DNA of 64,000 nt, taken from an uncultured Prevotella sp. (GTDB lineage: Bacteria; Bacteroidota; Bacteroidia; Bacteroidales; Bacteroidaceae). How positions within the stretch are numbered: position 1 is the stretch's first letter; the number at the start of each line of letters is the position of its first letter. The DNA is taken from assembly GCA_945873145.1 (NCBI GenBank), contig CAMCBZ010000009.1, positions 5,005-69,004 of the forward strand. The letters are read 5' to 3'. Below are positions 16,718 through 27,900 of this stretch, in pieces. The translations under genes and the position numbers were made by a program. Below the pieces are notes generated by a model. That model did not search any database and was not told the origin of the DNA. It saw nothing but the letters and a program-made list of their open reading frames with translations.

Positions 16718-19540
16718 TTACTCTTTCGGCAGCATGACGATGCTGACCTTGTTGGCACCGGCGAGGAACTGCTTGACGAAAGCAGAGATGGAGGCAGGCG
16801 TCTGAGCCTCTACCGTCTTCTTGTAGTCGGTGTAGTTGTCCTGATGGAGCTTATAGTCGTTGTAGACGATGCCACCCCAGAAGCCATTGGTCTTGGCGTT
16901 GGTGTCGAACTGCTTGACCATCAGTTTCTGTACCTTGGAGAGCATCTCCGCATCGCACTTCTCGGCGAGGTCCTTCACAGCCTCGTCCATGATCTTCAGG
17001 GCGATCTCTTTCTTCTCAGGCTTCATCGGGCAGTAGCCCACGAGCTGTGCGATATGGTAGCCGTCGTCGGCAAGAACCTGTGCGCCCTGTGCACCACAAC
17101 TGTAGGCGGCGCTGGCTTCCTCGCGGATCTGCTTGAGATAGACCATCGAGAGAATCTGTCCGGCAATGTCCATCTTCACGGAATTGTCGAGCGAGTAGGG
17201 CAGCTTCTTGTTCATCCAGAACATGTAAGCAGTAGACTTCGGTGTCTCCATCTTGCGGTAGAACGTGTTGTCGACAGTCTTGTCGGTCACCTCGCTCACG
17301 CGCTTGCTCTCTGGGTTCTTAGCCTTGGTAGCAGGCAGGGCACCGAGATACTGGCAGATGAGCGGACGGATGGTAGCCTCGTCAAAGTTACCGGTGATGA
17401 AGAATGTCCAGCCGTTGGCATTGGCTGTGCGCTCCTTAGCCATCTGCAGGATACGGTCGTAGTTGATGTCCTTCACGTCCTTGAGCAGCATAGGAGCCTG
17501 GCGCCAGTCGTGGCTGTAGAGCGTAGCGGTGACAGAGTCGCTGAGTGCTGTCTGTGGGTCGAGCTCACGGTTCTTCAGTCCTACATTGTACTGCTGGATG
17601 AGATTGCCGTATGAGTCGGGATCTTTCTTGATGTTGGTGAAGTAGAGATAAGTCATCTGCAGCATGGTCTCCACATCCTTCGGTGTAGAGCTGCCGCTGA
17701 TGTTCATGTGGCGGTCGCTCATGGTCAGGTCAGCATTGGCGATCTTGCCGGCGAGCGCTTTGCTCAGCTCGGTGTTGGAGAAGTCGCCCAGTCCGCAGAT
17801 GCCGATCACATCGTCAAAAGCTTGCAGGTTGGCAAAGTCGTTCTTACCGTAAACCGATGCGCCTTGTCCGCCCTGTCCGCTAAGGGTGACCTGGTCTTTC
17901 TTGAAGTCAACCTTCTTCAGCACCACGGTGACACCGTTGGAGAGTGTGAGCACCTTGTAGTCGAACTTCTTGCTTGCTACCTCTTTCTTGATCTTGCCGG
18001 CTGTAGGCATGGTCTTGATGAGCGGCTCGTTCTTCACATTGTCTACATAAGCCTGGATCTTCTCGGCACGTGCCTGATGCACGGCGTCGAGGAGCTGTTC
18101 GGCCGTAGGATAGACGGCACCGTCCTTCTCGTTGTTGAAGTTGATGATGACGAGGTTGGTGTCGCTCTTGCAGATCAGCTCAGGGAGCACCTGGTTGATA
18201 GCCTCCAAGGGGATGGCGGGCACGAGCTTCTTCATCATATTGTAGGTGTAGTCGATGCTGGGCATAGGCTCGTTGTTGAGGAAGTAGCCCAAGCAAGCCT
18301 GATAGAAAGAAGAGTTGGTGCGCTTGTCTTTGTTGGAGTACATCTTGTCGAGACCGCTGAGGAAGTTGCTCTTATAGCGCTCGTACTCAGTCGGTGTGAA
18401 GCCAAACTCAGCAGCCTGGCGCACGACGAGATAAGCAGCCTTCAGAGCGTCGGCTGTCTTGCTCATATCTTTTGGAGATGCGCTGATGTCGAAAGCATCC
18501 TTGGTCTTGGCGAAGATGTAGTTGCCGTCGCCGGCCTCTGCACTGACAAAGGGACAGTCGGCTTTCTGAGCAGCTTCGGTGAAGCGCTGGGCCAGCATAC
18601 CGGTGACAGCCTGCTTGGCATAATTCTGGATCAGGTAGGGCAGCGTCTGTTTCAGGCTGTCGGGAAAGACATCATGCTTCATCATCAGGTCGACAGAAGA
18701 CGTAGGATATTCCTTGTCCTTGTCGATGATGACGATAGGCTCAGCGTTGTCGGGCACGGGCTCGTCAACCAGCTTGGCCTCGTTGGCCGGGTTCTTGATG
18801 TTGCCGAAGAGCTTCTTGATCTGAGCCTCCGTGCGGTTGACGTCTACGTCACCGACGATGATGAGTCCCTGATGATCGGGGTGATACCATTTATGATAGT
18901 AGTCGACCAGCTCTTTGCGCTTGAAGTTGTCGACGACCGACATCAGACCGATAGGATAGCGTACGCCATATTTCGATCCGGGATAGAGCTTCGGCAGGTT
19001 ACGCTCAAACATACGGCTGGAAGGAGAAGTACGCAGACGCCACTCCTCGTGGATGACACCACGCTCCTTGTCGATCTCACTCTGCTCAAGAGACAGACCG
19101 CATGACCAGTCGCGCAGGATGAGCAGGCAGGAGTCGAGTGTACCCACGTGCTGGGTAGGCACGTTGTCGATATTATAGACCGTCTGGTCGATGCTGGTGT
19201 AGGCGTTGAGGTCTGCACCAAACTCGATGCCGTGTGCGCGGCACCACTCAATAAGGTCGTTGCCCTTGAAGTGGTCACTGCCGTTGAAGGCCATGTGCTC
19301 AAGGAAGTGTGCAAGTCCGCGCTGGTCCTCGTTCTCCTCCAAAGAGCCTACTTTCTGTGCAATGTAGAAGTTGGCACGGTGCTCAGGCCAGTTGTTGCGG
19401 CGGATGAAGTAAGTCAATCCGTTGCTGAGCTTGCCAATCCTCACAGCAGTGTCCACGGGTACAGTCATGTCGGGCATCTGAGCCCATGCCTGCGCACCGA
19501 CGAAGAGCAGCAAGGTGGCAATAACATTTCTAAGTTTCAT
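16718..19540 (-). CDS. M16 family zinc metallopeptidase (PqqL-like)
   Basis: GLAHFLEHMAFNG (HxxEH), NAYTS, signal peptide, 940 aa. Confidence 0.93.
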   Translation of the reverse strand: MKLRNVIATLLLFVGAQAWAQMPDMTVPVDTAVRIGKLSNGLTYFIRRNNWPEHRANFYIAQKVGSLEENEDQRGLAHFLEHMAFNGSDHFKGNDLIEWCRAHGIEFGADLNAYTSIDQTVYNIDNVPTQHVGTLDSCLLILRDWSCGLSLEQSEIDKERGVIHEEWRLRTSPSSRMFERNLPKLYPGSKYGVRYPIGLMSVVDNFKRKELVDYYHKWYHPDHQGLIIVGDVDVNRTEAQIKKLFGNIKNPANEAKLVDEPVPDNAEPIVIIDKDKEYPTSSVDLMMKHDVFPDSLKQTLPYLIQNYAKQAVTGMLAQRFTEAAQKADCPFVSAEAGDGNYIFAKTKDAFDISASPKDMSKTADALKAAYLVVRQAAEFGFTPTEYERYKSNFLSGLDKMYSNKDKRTNSSFYQACLGYFLNNEPMPSIDYTYNMMKKLVPAIPLEAINQVLPELICKSDTNLVIINFNNEKDGAVYPTAEQLLDAVHQARAEKIQAYVDNVKNEPLIKTMPTAGKIKKEVASKKFDYKVLTLSNGVTVVLKKVDFKKDQVTLSGQGGQGASVYGKNDFANLQAFDDVIGICGLGDFSNTELSKALAGKIANADLTMSDRHMNISGSSTPKDVETMLQMTYLYFTNIKKDPDSYGNLIQQYNVGLKNRELDPQTALSDSVTATLYSHDWRQAPMLLKDVKDINYDRILQMAKERTANANGWTFFITGNFDEATIRPLICQYLGALPATKAKNPESKRVSEVTDKTVDNTFYRKMETPKSTAYMFWMNKKLPYSLDNSVKMDIAGQILSMVYLKQIREEASAAYSCGAQGAQVLADDGYHIAQLVGYCPMKPEKKEIALKIMDEAVKDLAEKCDAEMLSKVQKLMVKQFDTNAKTNGFWGGIVYNDYKLHQDNYTDYKKTVEAQTPASISAFVKQFLAGANKVSIVMLPKE

Positions 19541-19747
19541 AAAAAAGTATGTTAAGATAATAATAATATTGCAAAGATAGTGTGTTTTATGATGAACCGC
19601 AAGAAAAGCGCAATGATGTCATAGCTTTTTAATGTTTTTTATTTTGAGCAGAGCCATTTGTGTTACTGCCTTTCCCAAATAGAAAAGACGAAGAAATAAA
19701 CAGCAAAACATTTGGCTGAGAGATGCAAAAGAACTACTTTTGCAGTT

Positions 19748-20179
19748 ATGGACGAAAATACATGTATTCAACTCTTGGAAGCCCACGGCATCAAGCCGAC
19801 GAGCAACCGCATCCTTGTCGTGCGCGCCTTAGCCACTGAAGACGCCCCCTCGTCGATCAGTGACTTGGAGCGGGGACTGCTCTCGGTGGACAAGAGCAGT
19901 ATCTTCCGCTGTCTCATGGTGTTTCGTGAGCATCATCTGGTTCACTCATTAGAAGATGGTGACGGGCAGGTGAAGTATGAGATTTGCCATCGCCACGGCG
20001 ACAGCGATGATGATCTGCACGTCCATTTCTATTGCAGGCAGTGCCATCGCATCTTCTGCATGGAGGACACGCCGGTGCCTCAGGTCGCTATTCCCGAAGG
20101 CTTTCAGATGGAGAGCATCAACTATATGATCAAGGGCCTCTGTCCCGAATGCGCACGTAAGAGAGAACAGCGCCTATGA
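19748..20179 (+). CDS. Fur family transcriptional regulator
   Basis: H.HFYC..C and G.CPEC zinc motifs; start reset to ATG 19748 just after a TACTTTTG box (19735-19742). Confidence 0.88.
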   Translation: MDENTCIQLLEAHGIKPTSNRILVVRALATEDAPSSISDLERGLLSVDKSSIFRCLMVFREHHLVHSLEDGDGQVKYEICHRHGDSDDDLHVHFYCRQCHRIFCMEDTPVPQVAIPEGFQMESINYMIKGLCPECARKREQRL

Positions 20180-21216
20180 GTCCTGCTGCATTCTGTGCCA
20201 CGCTGTTGAGATGGTACGCGGCCAATGGCCGTGACCTGCCGTGGCGCCATACCCGTGATCCTTATGCCATTTGGCTCAGTGAAGTCATCTTGCAGCAGAC
20301 ACGCATCAGTCAGGGCACCGCCTATTGGCAGCGTTTCATGCAAGCCTGGCCTACGGTTGAGACGCTCGCCGCGGCCACAGAGGATGAAGTGCTGAAAATG
20401 TGGCAAGGCTTAGGATACTATTCGCGTGCCCGCAACCTTCACACGGCAGCGCGGCAGATCGTCGCTTTGGGGCAGTTCCCTCGTACTTTAGAGGAGATCC
20501 GACTGCTCAAAGGCGTGGGCGACTACACGGCTGCCGCCATAGCTTCATTGGCTTTTGGCGTCACAGCTGCTGCTGTCGACGGCAATGTTTATCGTGTGCT
20601 CTCCCGTCTCTACGCCATCGACACACCCATCAACACCACGGAGGGCAAGCATCTCTTCACCCGTTTGGCCGATGAACTGATCCATGCCGCACCGCATACC
20701 GCACTGTCGCCTCAAGGTGAGGAGACCAGTGGTGCCAGTCTCTTCAACCAGGCGATGATGGACTTTGGTGCTACGCAGTGCACGCCGCAGTCGCCCTCGT
20801 GTCTGCTCTGTCCCTTTTTGGAAGACTGTGAAGCGCACAGGCGGGGCATAGCCGAAGAGCTGCCCGTGAAGCTGAAGAAGACTAAGATCACCATCCGACA
20901 CCTTATTTATATATATGTCCGCTGCCATGGCTACACCACCATCCACCGTCGTGGTGCCGGAGATATCTGGCAAGGACTGTGGGAGCCGCCTCTCTTCGAA
21001 GATCAGTCCCTGCCACAATGGCCCGGTCATCTCAGGCAGTTGGCCACCGGCGTGAAGCATGTTTTGACCCACCGCATCCTCATGGCTGACTTTTATGTCC
21101 TCGATACCGACCAGCGTCCGCCGTTGCCCGAAGACTATATATGGGTGCCGGAATCCCGTCTCAGCGACTATGCCGTGCCGAGGTTGGTGGAGAAACTGGT
21201 GGAAATGATTGCTTGA
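20176..21216 (+). CDS. mutY: A/G-specific adenine glycosylase
   Basis: SEVILQQT, WQGLGYYSRARNL, VDGNVYRV, MDFGA..C..C..C..C iron-sulfur loop. Confidence 0.95.
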   Translation: MSPAAFCATLLRWYAANGRDLPWRHTRDPYAIWLSEVILQQTRISQGTAYWQRFMQAWPTVETLAAATEDEVLKMWQGLGYYSRARNLHTAARQIVALGQFPRTLEEIRLLKGVGDYTAAAIASLAFGVTAAAVDGNVYRVLSRLYAIDTPINTTEGKHLFTRLADELIHAAPHTALSPQGEETSGASLFNQAMMDFGATQCTPQSPSCLLCPFLEDCEAHRRGIAEELPVKLKKTKITIRHLIYIYVRCHGYTTIHRRGAGDIWQGLWEPPLFEDQSLPQWPGHLRQLATGVKHVLTHRILMADFYVLDTDQRPPLPEDYIWVPESRLSDYAVPRLVEKLVEMIA

Positions 21217-21321
21217 TATTTTTTTGTACCAGTACTACCCTTTTATGATTAATGCCATGAGCCAAAACTCATTATTTTTGACTCATGGCATTATTTGTGT
21301 TGTGGTAAGCGTACCTATCTC

Positions 21322-21825
21322 CTATCTATTTGACTCATATCCTGGATTTTGCTTCAGGTTTCCGTTGGTTTCCATTGCGCTGAGCGGAATAGGGAAGATC
21401 GCAGTGTGTCCATCAGTGATTGCAGTATGATTAAACTAGTTTTTGGTTGTAAAGGTTCCGAAGCGTATCATTTGTGTGCGGCGTTGTGCCTCACAGGCAA
21501 ATTCCCAACCCCATTCGTCATACAGTCCTCCAAATTTGACAGGTGTCTGGTCTCCAGTCTCCAGTTACGTCAATCTTGTTATCCCAATCAAGAGTCCCAT
21601 ATTTTAATGGCAAAGAGATGTTGAGGCCTGCCACTTTTCCTTGAACTAGCTGTCCTGCATCCAGGACGCTTCCCGTGTTGAAGTCCTTGGCTTTCACGCT
21701 TGCCACACTGCTCGTCACATCGGCCTTCTTCTGTGTACCATATCCGACCACAACGACTTCGTTTAGATCAGTAAGGTCTTCTTCAAGTGAAAAGTTATGA
21801 TGAGTGGAAGTAGCTCTTTTTTCAT
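21322..21825 (-). pseudogene. Fused susC'-'susD remnant (collapsed pair)
   Basis: MKKELLPL start, then LNEVVVVGYGTQKKADVTSSVASV..QGKVAGL (SusC), joined near 21607 to KYGTLDWD..LYDEWGWEFACEAQRRTQMIRFG..IFPIP..NLKQNPGY (SusD C-terminus); 7-bp duplication and a TAG at 21436-21438. Confidence 0.88.
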
Positions 21826-21919
21826 GTCTTTATGGTTTTTGTCCAAGGCATCCGTCATCTTCACGTGATACCTTATTCGGGTTAATACTTGGCTTGCTTT
21901 TGTCTATTATCTTAGTTTG

Positions 21920-24799
21920 CTATTCTATCGCCTTGCGCAGTCTGCCGACGGCTGCGTTGATCATATCTTTGGTGCCACTGCCGTCAGAGACATAGCGTAC
22001 GACCATTTTTCCATAAGCGACAGCTTTGCGGAGCGTGTCAGGGGACGATTCGTCAGTATTGCCAGCCCGGCGTAGCAATGCTGTAAGCGGCTGTAGGTCT
22101 TCAATCTCAGCCAAGTTGCCTGGACGCATGGTATTGATTGCCTTGTTGAGGGTTGCCGTAACAGACTCCAGGTCGTTTTCTTTGATATTCTTCAGATCCG
22201 TTTCCATGAGCTTTTGTGCAGCAGAGATGGCATCTCCTAAACGCTGGAAACCATGTGGTGCCCAGGGCGCGTAATCAGGAACCTTCTTTGTCAGACTGTT
22301 CCATCGTGTTTGTTCTTCGACACGTTCAGTAGCAATGGCAATCAATGATCGCAGTTCAGCAATGGCTTGAGATTTATTTTTTTGAGTATGATTCTTGTCA
22401 TTGATACCAGCGAATTGAAGTCGGTAATAGTGAGTAGAATTGTAATTGCGATAGTAATCCGGCTCAAAGATCTTGTTGCCGAACTTTAGTGTGAACAGAT
22501 TTCCCTTTTCAGTTGTGGGCTTAAGTTGATCAAGTTTTGGATCAAGACTCAGTGTAGCTTGATGCCACGTCGTAGTTCCAGTGCCTGTCATAGCCAAGGG
22601 ACCATACATGATGACGCCTGTCCATGCTGCCTTCAGCGGAGTACCGTCATTGCTTGCGACCTCTGCCGGTAGTTTGTCTGGTCCATACTCTATGTGCTTC
22701 GTAAAGGGCATGATCACCTCCACTTTGTCTGCTTGAGTCCAATGGCGATATGGTATCGTTGCATAAGAACTGGGTTGATAGTGGTGTGCGATGCTTTTCC
22801 CATTGAGTAGAATACGGAAACCTTTGGTAGCCCAGTATGGAATGCGAAGTTTTAAGGTGAAGTCCCCTTCTCCATTGACAATGCGTATAGTGGAGTTTTG
22901 AGCCGGCCATGTGCAGTTCTGCTCAATGGTTAGATGCTTGTCACGCCATTGCAGAGTGGTGGGCATGTAGAGTCCAATCCACAGTGTACTGTCATTGTGG
23001 AAATAGGTAGCCTGCTGATATTTGGTATGGTTCTCAGAGCCTGTGCCTCCACAGCACGTCGATTGGGGAGTTTCATTGCCGAAAGGTTTGGTGGCATTGA
23101 GGCCAACAGCATACTGGTAAGTGGTCTCATATTTATTGGGATTGAGTGAGCCTACTATCTGATTATACAGGCCGCGCTCATAGTAGTCCAAATAACTTGC
23201 GTCATTAGGATTGTATTCATTAAGATCCTTTGTCAGTTTAAGCAGGTTATACGTACAACAAGTTTCGTTGAGCTCCGGGTTGGCCTGCGCCTCACCTTCT
23301 TGCATACCATTGGTAGCCATTGAGAGAATTTGAGTATATGGTTGGCGAAACATCTCGCCATTGCCTACTCCTCCCGTAGCATACATGTAGCGGCCTTGAA
23401 CGAGATTCCAGAAGTTTTGTGCAATATGATAATAATAAGGCTGGTGGTTGCTTTTGTAAGAGCGTAGTGCCCCGATGATCATCGGGATATGCTGGTTGGC
23501 ATGGCGCGTGCGAATGTCGTCGATGTTTTTAGCCAAAGGCTCAAAGAACTTAGGAGCATCAAAGCAGTTGGCTGCTTCTAAGAGATGAGCTTTGTCCGTG
23601 CTGTCAGTAACCATTTCAGAGAGTCTTGACAGACTTTCAGACATTCCGCCAACCTCTCCTGCAATGTACATATCCCACATTTCATAGCGGTTTCCCGGCT
23701 TTGCACGTCGTTCTGCTTGTGTGCCGTCTTTCTTCACATAGGTGCGATAGTGCATACGATTCCACACCCACAACCCCATGTCTTTGGCAATGAGTAAGGC
23801 TTTGTCGGCTATATTCTTATCGTCGAAGTAGGTGGCAATGTCAATGAGCCCGGCGAGTTGCTTGTGTACTGAATAGTATGGTGCCCACACCCAGTCGGAA
23901 TTGTTGTAAGGCCGGTACATCTCTATTAAGGCACAATGTTGTGCAGGTATGGCATTGAGATAACCATAACCATATTTTTCGGGATGCTTCTTATAATTGT
24001 CGAAATCAGCCCAGGTGCCTTTCATATTACGAAGTTCGTTTTCTGGTGCAAAGTCTCTTGCCTCCCAATAACGGCCCAAAGAATCATTCCACACAAAAGT
24101 TTTCTCCTGACATTCGCGGAGTTCATTGACCATACGGGTGATGTTTGCGCGGAGGATAGCTTTCTGATGTGGATCCTTGGTGACAGCATAAGCTTGAGCT
24201 ATTGCTGACATATAATGGCCGGAGCCATGTCCTTTAAGTTTAGTGTCGGGTGAGTCCCAGCCATCAGACCGTTTATACCCTTCAGTAGGTAAATTATAGG
24301 TGTCGCGATAATTGTAAAGTTGTTGCGTCACATCCCATGAGCATATTTCATCCAAAGCTTCATCACGATTGTGAGTGAGTCGGTTAATACCATTAATAGT
24401 AATGTCGGAAAGGGGGAAGGTTTGAGCAATCGTATGCTGTGGCGTTGCAGGAATATTGCCTACGACCTTGATGCTCGCTGTGATGGGATAACCGTTATCG
24501 GTAGTCTCGTCCCCAACAATATATCCTTTTAGTTGATATTGGCTTCCGGCCGGATGCATTTGGGCATTGGCTTCGTCTTGTTCTGTGGAAAGCGGCGAGT
24601 TTGCCCATTTCACTTGTCGATACTCAGAATATCCGTCCCGGTAAGTAACCCAAATGCGGTTCGGCATATTGGGTGAAGTGCCAACGGGACAATTCACCAC
24701 TATAGGGGCTACTTTCTTGATAGTACGTGGCATAGACATAACCAACAGAGGACTGGCTGCCATAGCAATAACTATGATGATGTGTCTGGATAGTTTCAT
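21920..24799 (-). CDS. DUF1680 beta-L-arabinofuranosidase, GH146-like, with N-terminal Ig-like domain
   Basis: GHGSGHYMSA, HANQHIP, ETCCTYNLLKLT, CCGGTGSENH motifs. Confidence 0.82.
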   Translation of the reverse strand: MKLSRHIIIVIAMAASPLLVMSMPRTIKKVAPIVVNCPVGTSPNMPNRIWVTYRDGYSEYRQVKWANSPLSTEQDEANAQMHPAGSQYQLKGYIVGDETTDNGYPITASIKVVGNIPATPQHTIAQTFPLSDITINGINRLTHNRDEALDEICSWDVTQQLYNYRDTYNLPTEGYKRSDGWDSPDTKLKGHGSGHYMSAIAQAYAVTKDPHQKAILRANITRMVNELRECQEKTFVWNDSLGRYWEARDFAPENELRNMKGTWADFDNYKKHPEKYGYGYLNAIPAQHCALIEMYRPYNNSDWVWAPYYSVHKQLAGLIDIATYFDDKNIADKALLIAKDMGLWVWNRMHYRTYVKKDGTQAERRAKPGNRYEMWDMYIAGEVGGMSESLSRLSEMVTDSTDKAHLLEAANCFDAPKFFEPLAKNIDDIRTRHANQHIPMIIGALRSYKSNHQPYYYHIAQNFWNLVQGRYMYATGGVGNGEMFRQPYTQILSMATNGMQEGEAQANPELNETCCTYNLLKLTKDLNEYNPNDASYLDYYERGLYNQIVGSLNPNKYETTYQYAVGLNATKPFGNETPQSTCCGGTGSENHTKYQQATYFHNDSTLWIGLYMPTTLQWRDKHLTIEQNCTWPAQNSTIRIVNGEGDFTLKLRIPYWATKGFRILLNGKSIAHHYQPSSYATIPYRHWTQADKVEVIMPFTKHIEYGPDKLPAEVASNDGTPLKAAWTGVIMYGPLAMTGTGTTTWHQATLSLDPKLDQLKPTTEKGNLFTLKFGNKIFEPDYYRNYNSTHYYRLQFAGINDKNHTQKNKSQAIAELRSLIAIATERVEEQTRWNSLTKKVPDYAPWAPHGFQRLGDAISAAQKLMETDLKNIKENDLESVTATLNKAINTMRPGNLAEIEDLQPLTALLRRAGNTDESSPDTLRKAVAYGKMVVRYVSDGSGTKDMINAAVGRLRKAIE

Positions 24800-24992
24800 A
24801 AAGACTTCATTTACATTTTTTTTATTCTGTTCGCAAAATTAAGAGAATGGTGTTTGATACTTGGAAAAATCGTCTAAATTTGATGTAACAATCGTCCAAA
24901 ATAGTAATTTGGACGATTATGTTATACTTGGATGCGTTAGTTGTTTGCTCTTTTTTCCGTAACTTTGTGCTATCCAAGACCTATCTATATAC

Positions 24993-27900
24993 ATGATGAG
25001 AACAATCTTTGGGAGAATGATGAGGATTGTCATGGCATTGCTTGGTTGGGCAATGACAGGCAGTGCGTCGACGGCGTTGACCGGCATGATGACAGCGACG
25101 GGCGGTGCTGTGGCGACAGTGGGATTGCCCTACCGCAGTCTGACGATGGAGGAAGGACTGCGGTCCAACACTGTGCGCTCGCTGCTGCAAGACCGTGACG
25201 GCTTCATCTTCATGGGCACCGACAACGGGCTGTGCCGCTACGACAGCCACGAGATCACCTATTATTATAATCCTCTACGCGGCTCCGATCCCTTTGTCTC
25301 CACCCTTCATGCCTTTGGCAATGGACTGCTTGTGGGTACAAGCCGCGGGCTGTGCTATTTCGATACCCGTACAGAGCAGTTCTCAGCCTTTCTTACCCGC
25401 ATCAAGACGACGGTGAACCAAGTTGTAGATGACCGCGACGGCAACCTCTGGATCTGCACACAACGGCAGGGCGTGTTCCGTTATAACATGCGGACACATG
25501 ACCTCCGGCAATATCCTTTCCCCAAAAACGGTGGCGACATCCGTGCCCTCTGTGTCGGCATAGACAACCAGGTGTGGGCCTACACCACCAAGGGACACCG
25601 TTGGCTCTATCGGCTCAACAAGGCGAGCCAGCGGTTTGAGCAGGTGACGATGCGGCAGGTGCCTGCTGATGGAGGCGGCATGAGCATCCTGCAAGACGGC
25701 GACGGCACGCTGTGGCTGGGCTCGTGGTCTCATGGCCTTTTCCGCATGAATACCGACGGAATGTTGAAGCAAGTCATCAATCCGACACTGACGGGCGTGG
25801 GACTTCATATCCACACCTTATTATATATAGGTCCTCACACTTTACTCATTGGCTGCGACGACGGACTGCTGCGCTACGACACTGCTACCAATCGTTGGAG
25901 CCGTTATCCCGAGAAAGCACGAAGTATTGGAGTCTCCAACGACGACCGCTTTGTCTATACCGTCATCCGTGACCGTGAGGGCGGACTGTGGTATGGCACA
26001 TTCTATGGTGGCGTGAAATATGTCTCGCCTGTCAGTCATCGCTTCGTCAGCTTCTCGGCTGCCGAGGGACAGCGTGGCAATGTGGTGGGACATTTCTGTG
26101 AAGACGGCATGGGTCACGTGTGGATAGGCAGTGACGACGGCGGCCTCTCTTGTTATTCGCTCAGCCATCATGCCATGATGTCCTTTCCTGCTCAGCAGCG
26201 GCTGTCCACGCTCAACGTCCATGCACTGTGGGCGGAGGGTAATGCTTTGTGGATCGGAACCTATAGCGACGGCATCCTGCGCATGGACATCAACAGTGGC
26301 AACGTTACGGCAGTAGGCGGTGAGGATGAGCACGCCGTGAAGAGTTGCTATGCGCTGATGCGTGACTCGCGCCGGCGTCTGTGGGCAGCCACGATGGAGG
26401 ACATCAGGCTCTATGACGAGACCACCCATCGCTTTCGTCGTGTATGCCATACCGGTGTGATGATCCTTGACATCGATGAGGACCGGAAAGGCAATCTTTG
26501 GTTCTCTACGCAAGGGGCAGGCCTCTATCGGCTGGACCCGCATACAGGACGTTTCCATCACTACATGCCCTCACGTGCGGAAGGTTCCCTGCCCTCCGCA
26601 CAAGTCAACGCTATCGACCGTGACGAGCGGGGACAGCTGTGGATCGCCACAAGCAATGGCCTCTACTGCTACGACGCACGCAGCGACCGCTTTCGTCGGG
26701 TGAACATTGCCGCGCCTTCTCAGGAGATGAACAGTGTGGTCTGCGATGGCTATACGCTTTGGATTGGCACCACACTGGGACTGGTGCGCTACGTTCCCGG
26801 TGAACCCATACGTATCTTCAACCGCTACGACGGCCTGGCCAGCAATCAGTTCCAGTCCAATGCAGCCTTGAAAGCTTCCGACGGCAGTCTGTTCTTCGGC
26901 ACGGTGAAAGGCTTCAGCACCTTCTCGCCCTACACGATACAGCTCAACCGTATGGCGCCACGGGTGTTTATCACAGCGCTGTCGGTGCTCAACCAGCCAC
27001 AGCGTGTCGGCTCGAAACTGCTGCCAGAGACACTGGACGACATTCGGCAGTTGGACTTAGGATACAAGGACAACATGTTCACGCTGACCTTCTCGGCACT
27101 GAGCTATTGTGCGCCGGAGAAAAATCGCTTTGCCTATCGTCTCGACGGCTTTGACAACAACTGGATCGAGGCGGGCAACCGTCATACCGCCACCTATACC
27201 AACTTGCCCGCAGGAACTTATACGTTCCGCGTCAAAGCCACCAACAACGATGGCATCTGGAGCCGTGAGGAAGCGCGGCTGGTCATCGTGGTGCATCCGC
27301 CATTTTGGTGGTCGTTGCCTGCCAAGCTGGTTTATCTTGCCGTGTTGCTACTCCTTATTTATTATTATACTCAACTCAGATTGCGTCGTGCTGAACGTCG
27401 TCATCAGCGCGAGATGCAGCGGCTCAGCGAACAGAAAGCCGCTGAGGTACGTGAGTCGCGCCTGCGCTTCTTCACGATGATTGCCCACGAGATACGCACG
27501 CCGGTCACGCTGATCATCGGTCCTTTGGAGAAGCTGATGCAGAAAAAGGAGGCGCGGGCGTCCGACGATCTGAATATCATCGACCGCAATGCCCATCGGC
27601 TCTTGGAACTCGTCAATCAGCTGCTCGACTTCAACAAGGTGGAGCACGGCTTTGAACTCCACTTCGAGCGTCAGTCCATTGCGGCTATCATGCATGCAGT
27701 GGCTGAGCGCTTCCGTCCCTCCATGGAGCAGCGGGGTATCACCCTCGACGTGACTTATCCGCCACAGGACTTCCTCGCTGTTGTAGACGCGGAGGGACTG
27801 ACCAAGATCATCAGTAACCTGATGACCAACGCCACGAAGTACACTCACGACCATGTAGACCTTTCCTGCCATGTCGATGCGGCTGCGGGACGCTACATGA

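Noticed and set aside
16844-19105. Long antisense ORFs opposite the M16 gene (likewise opposite susC, GH127, the P-type ATPase and the helicase)
   Set aside because: Shadow frames produced by the codon bias of the real gene on the other strand.
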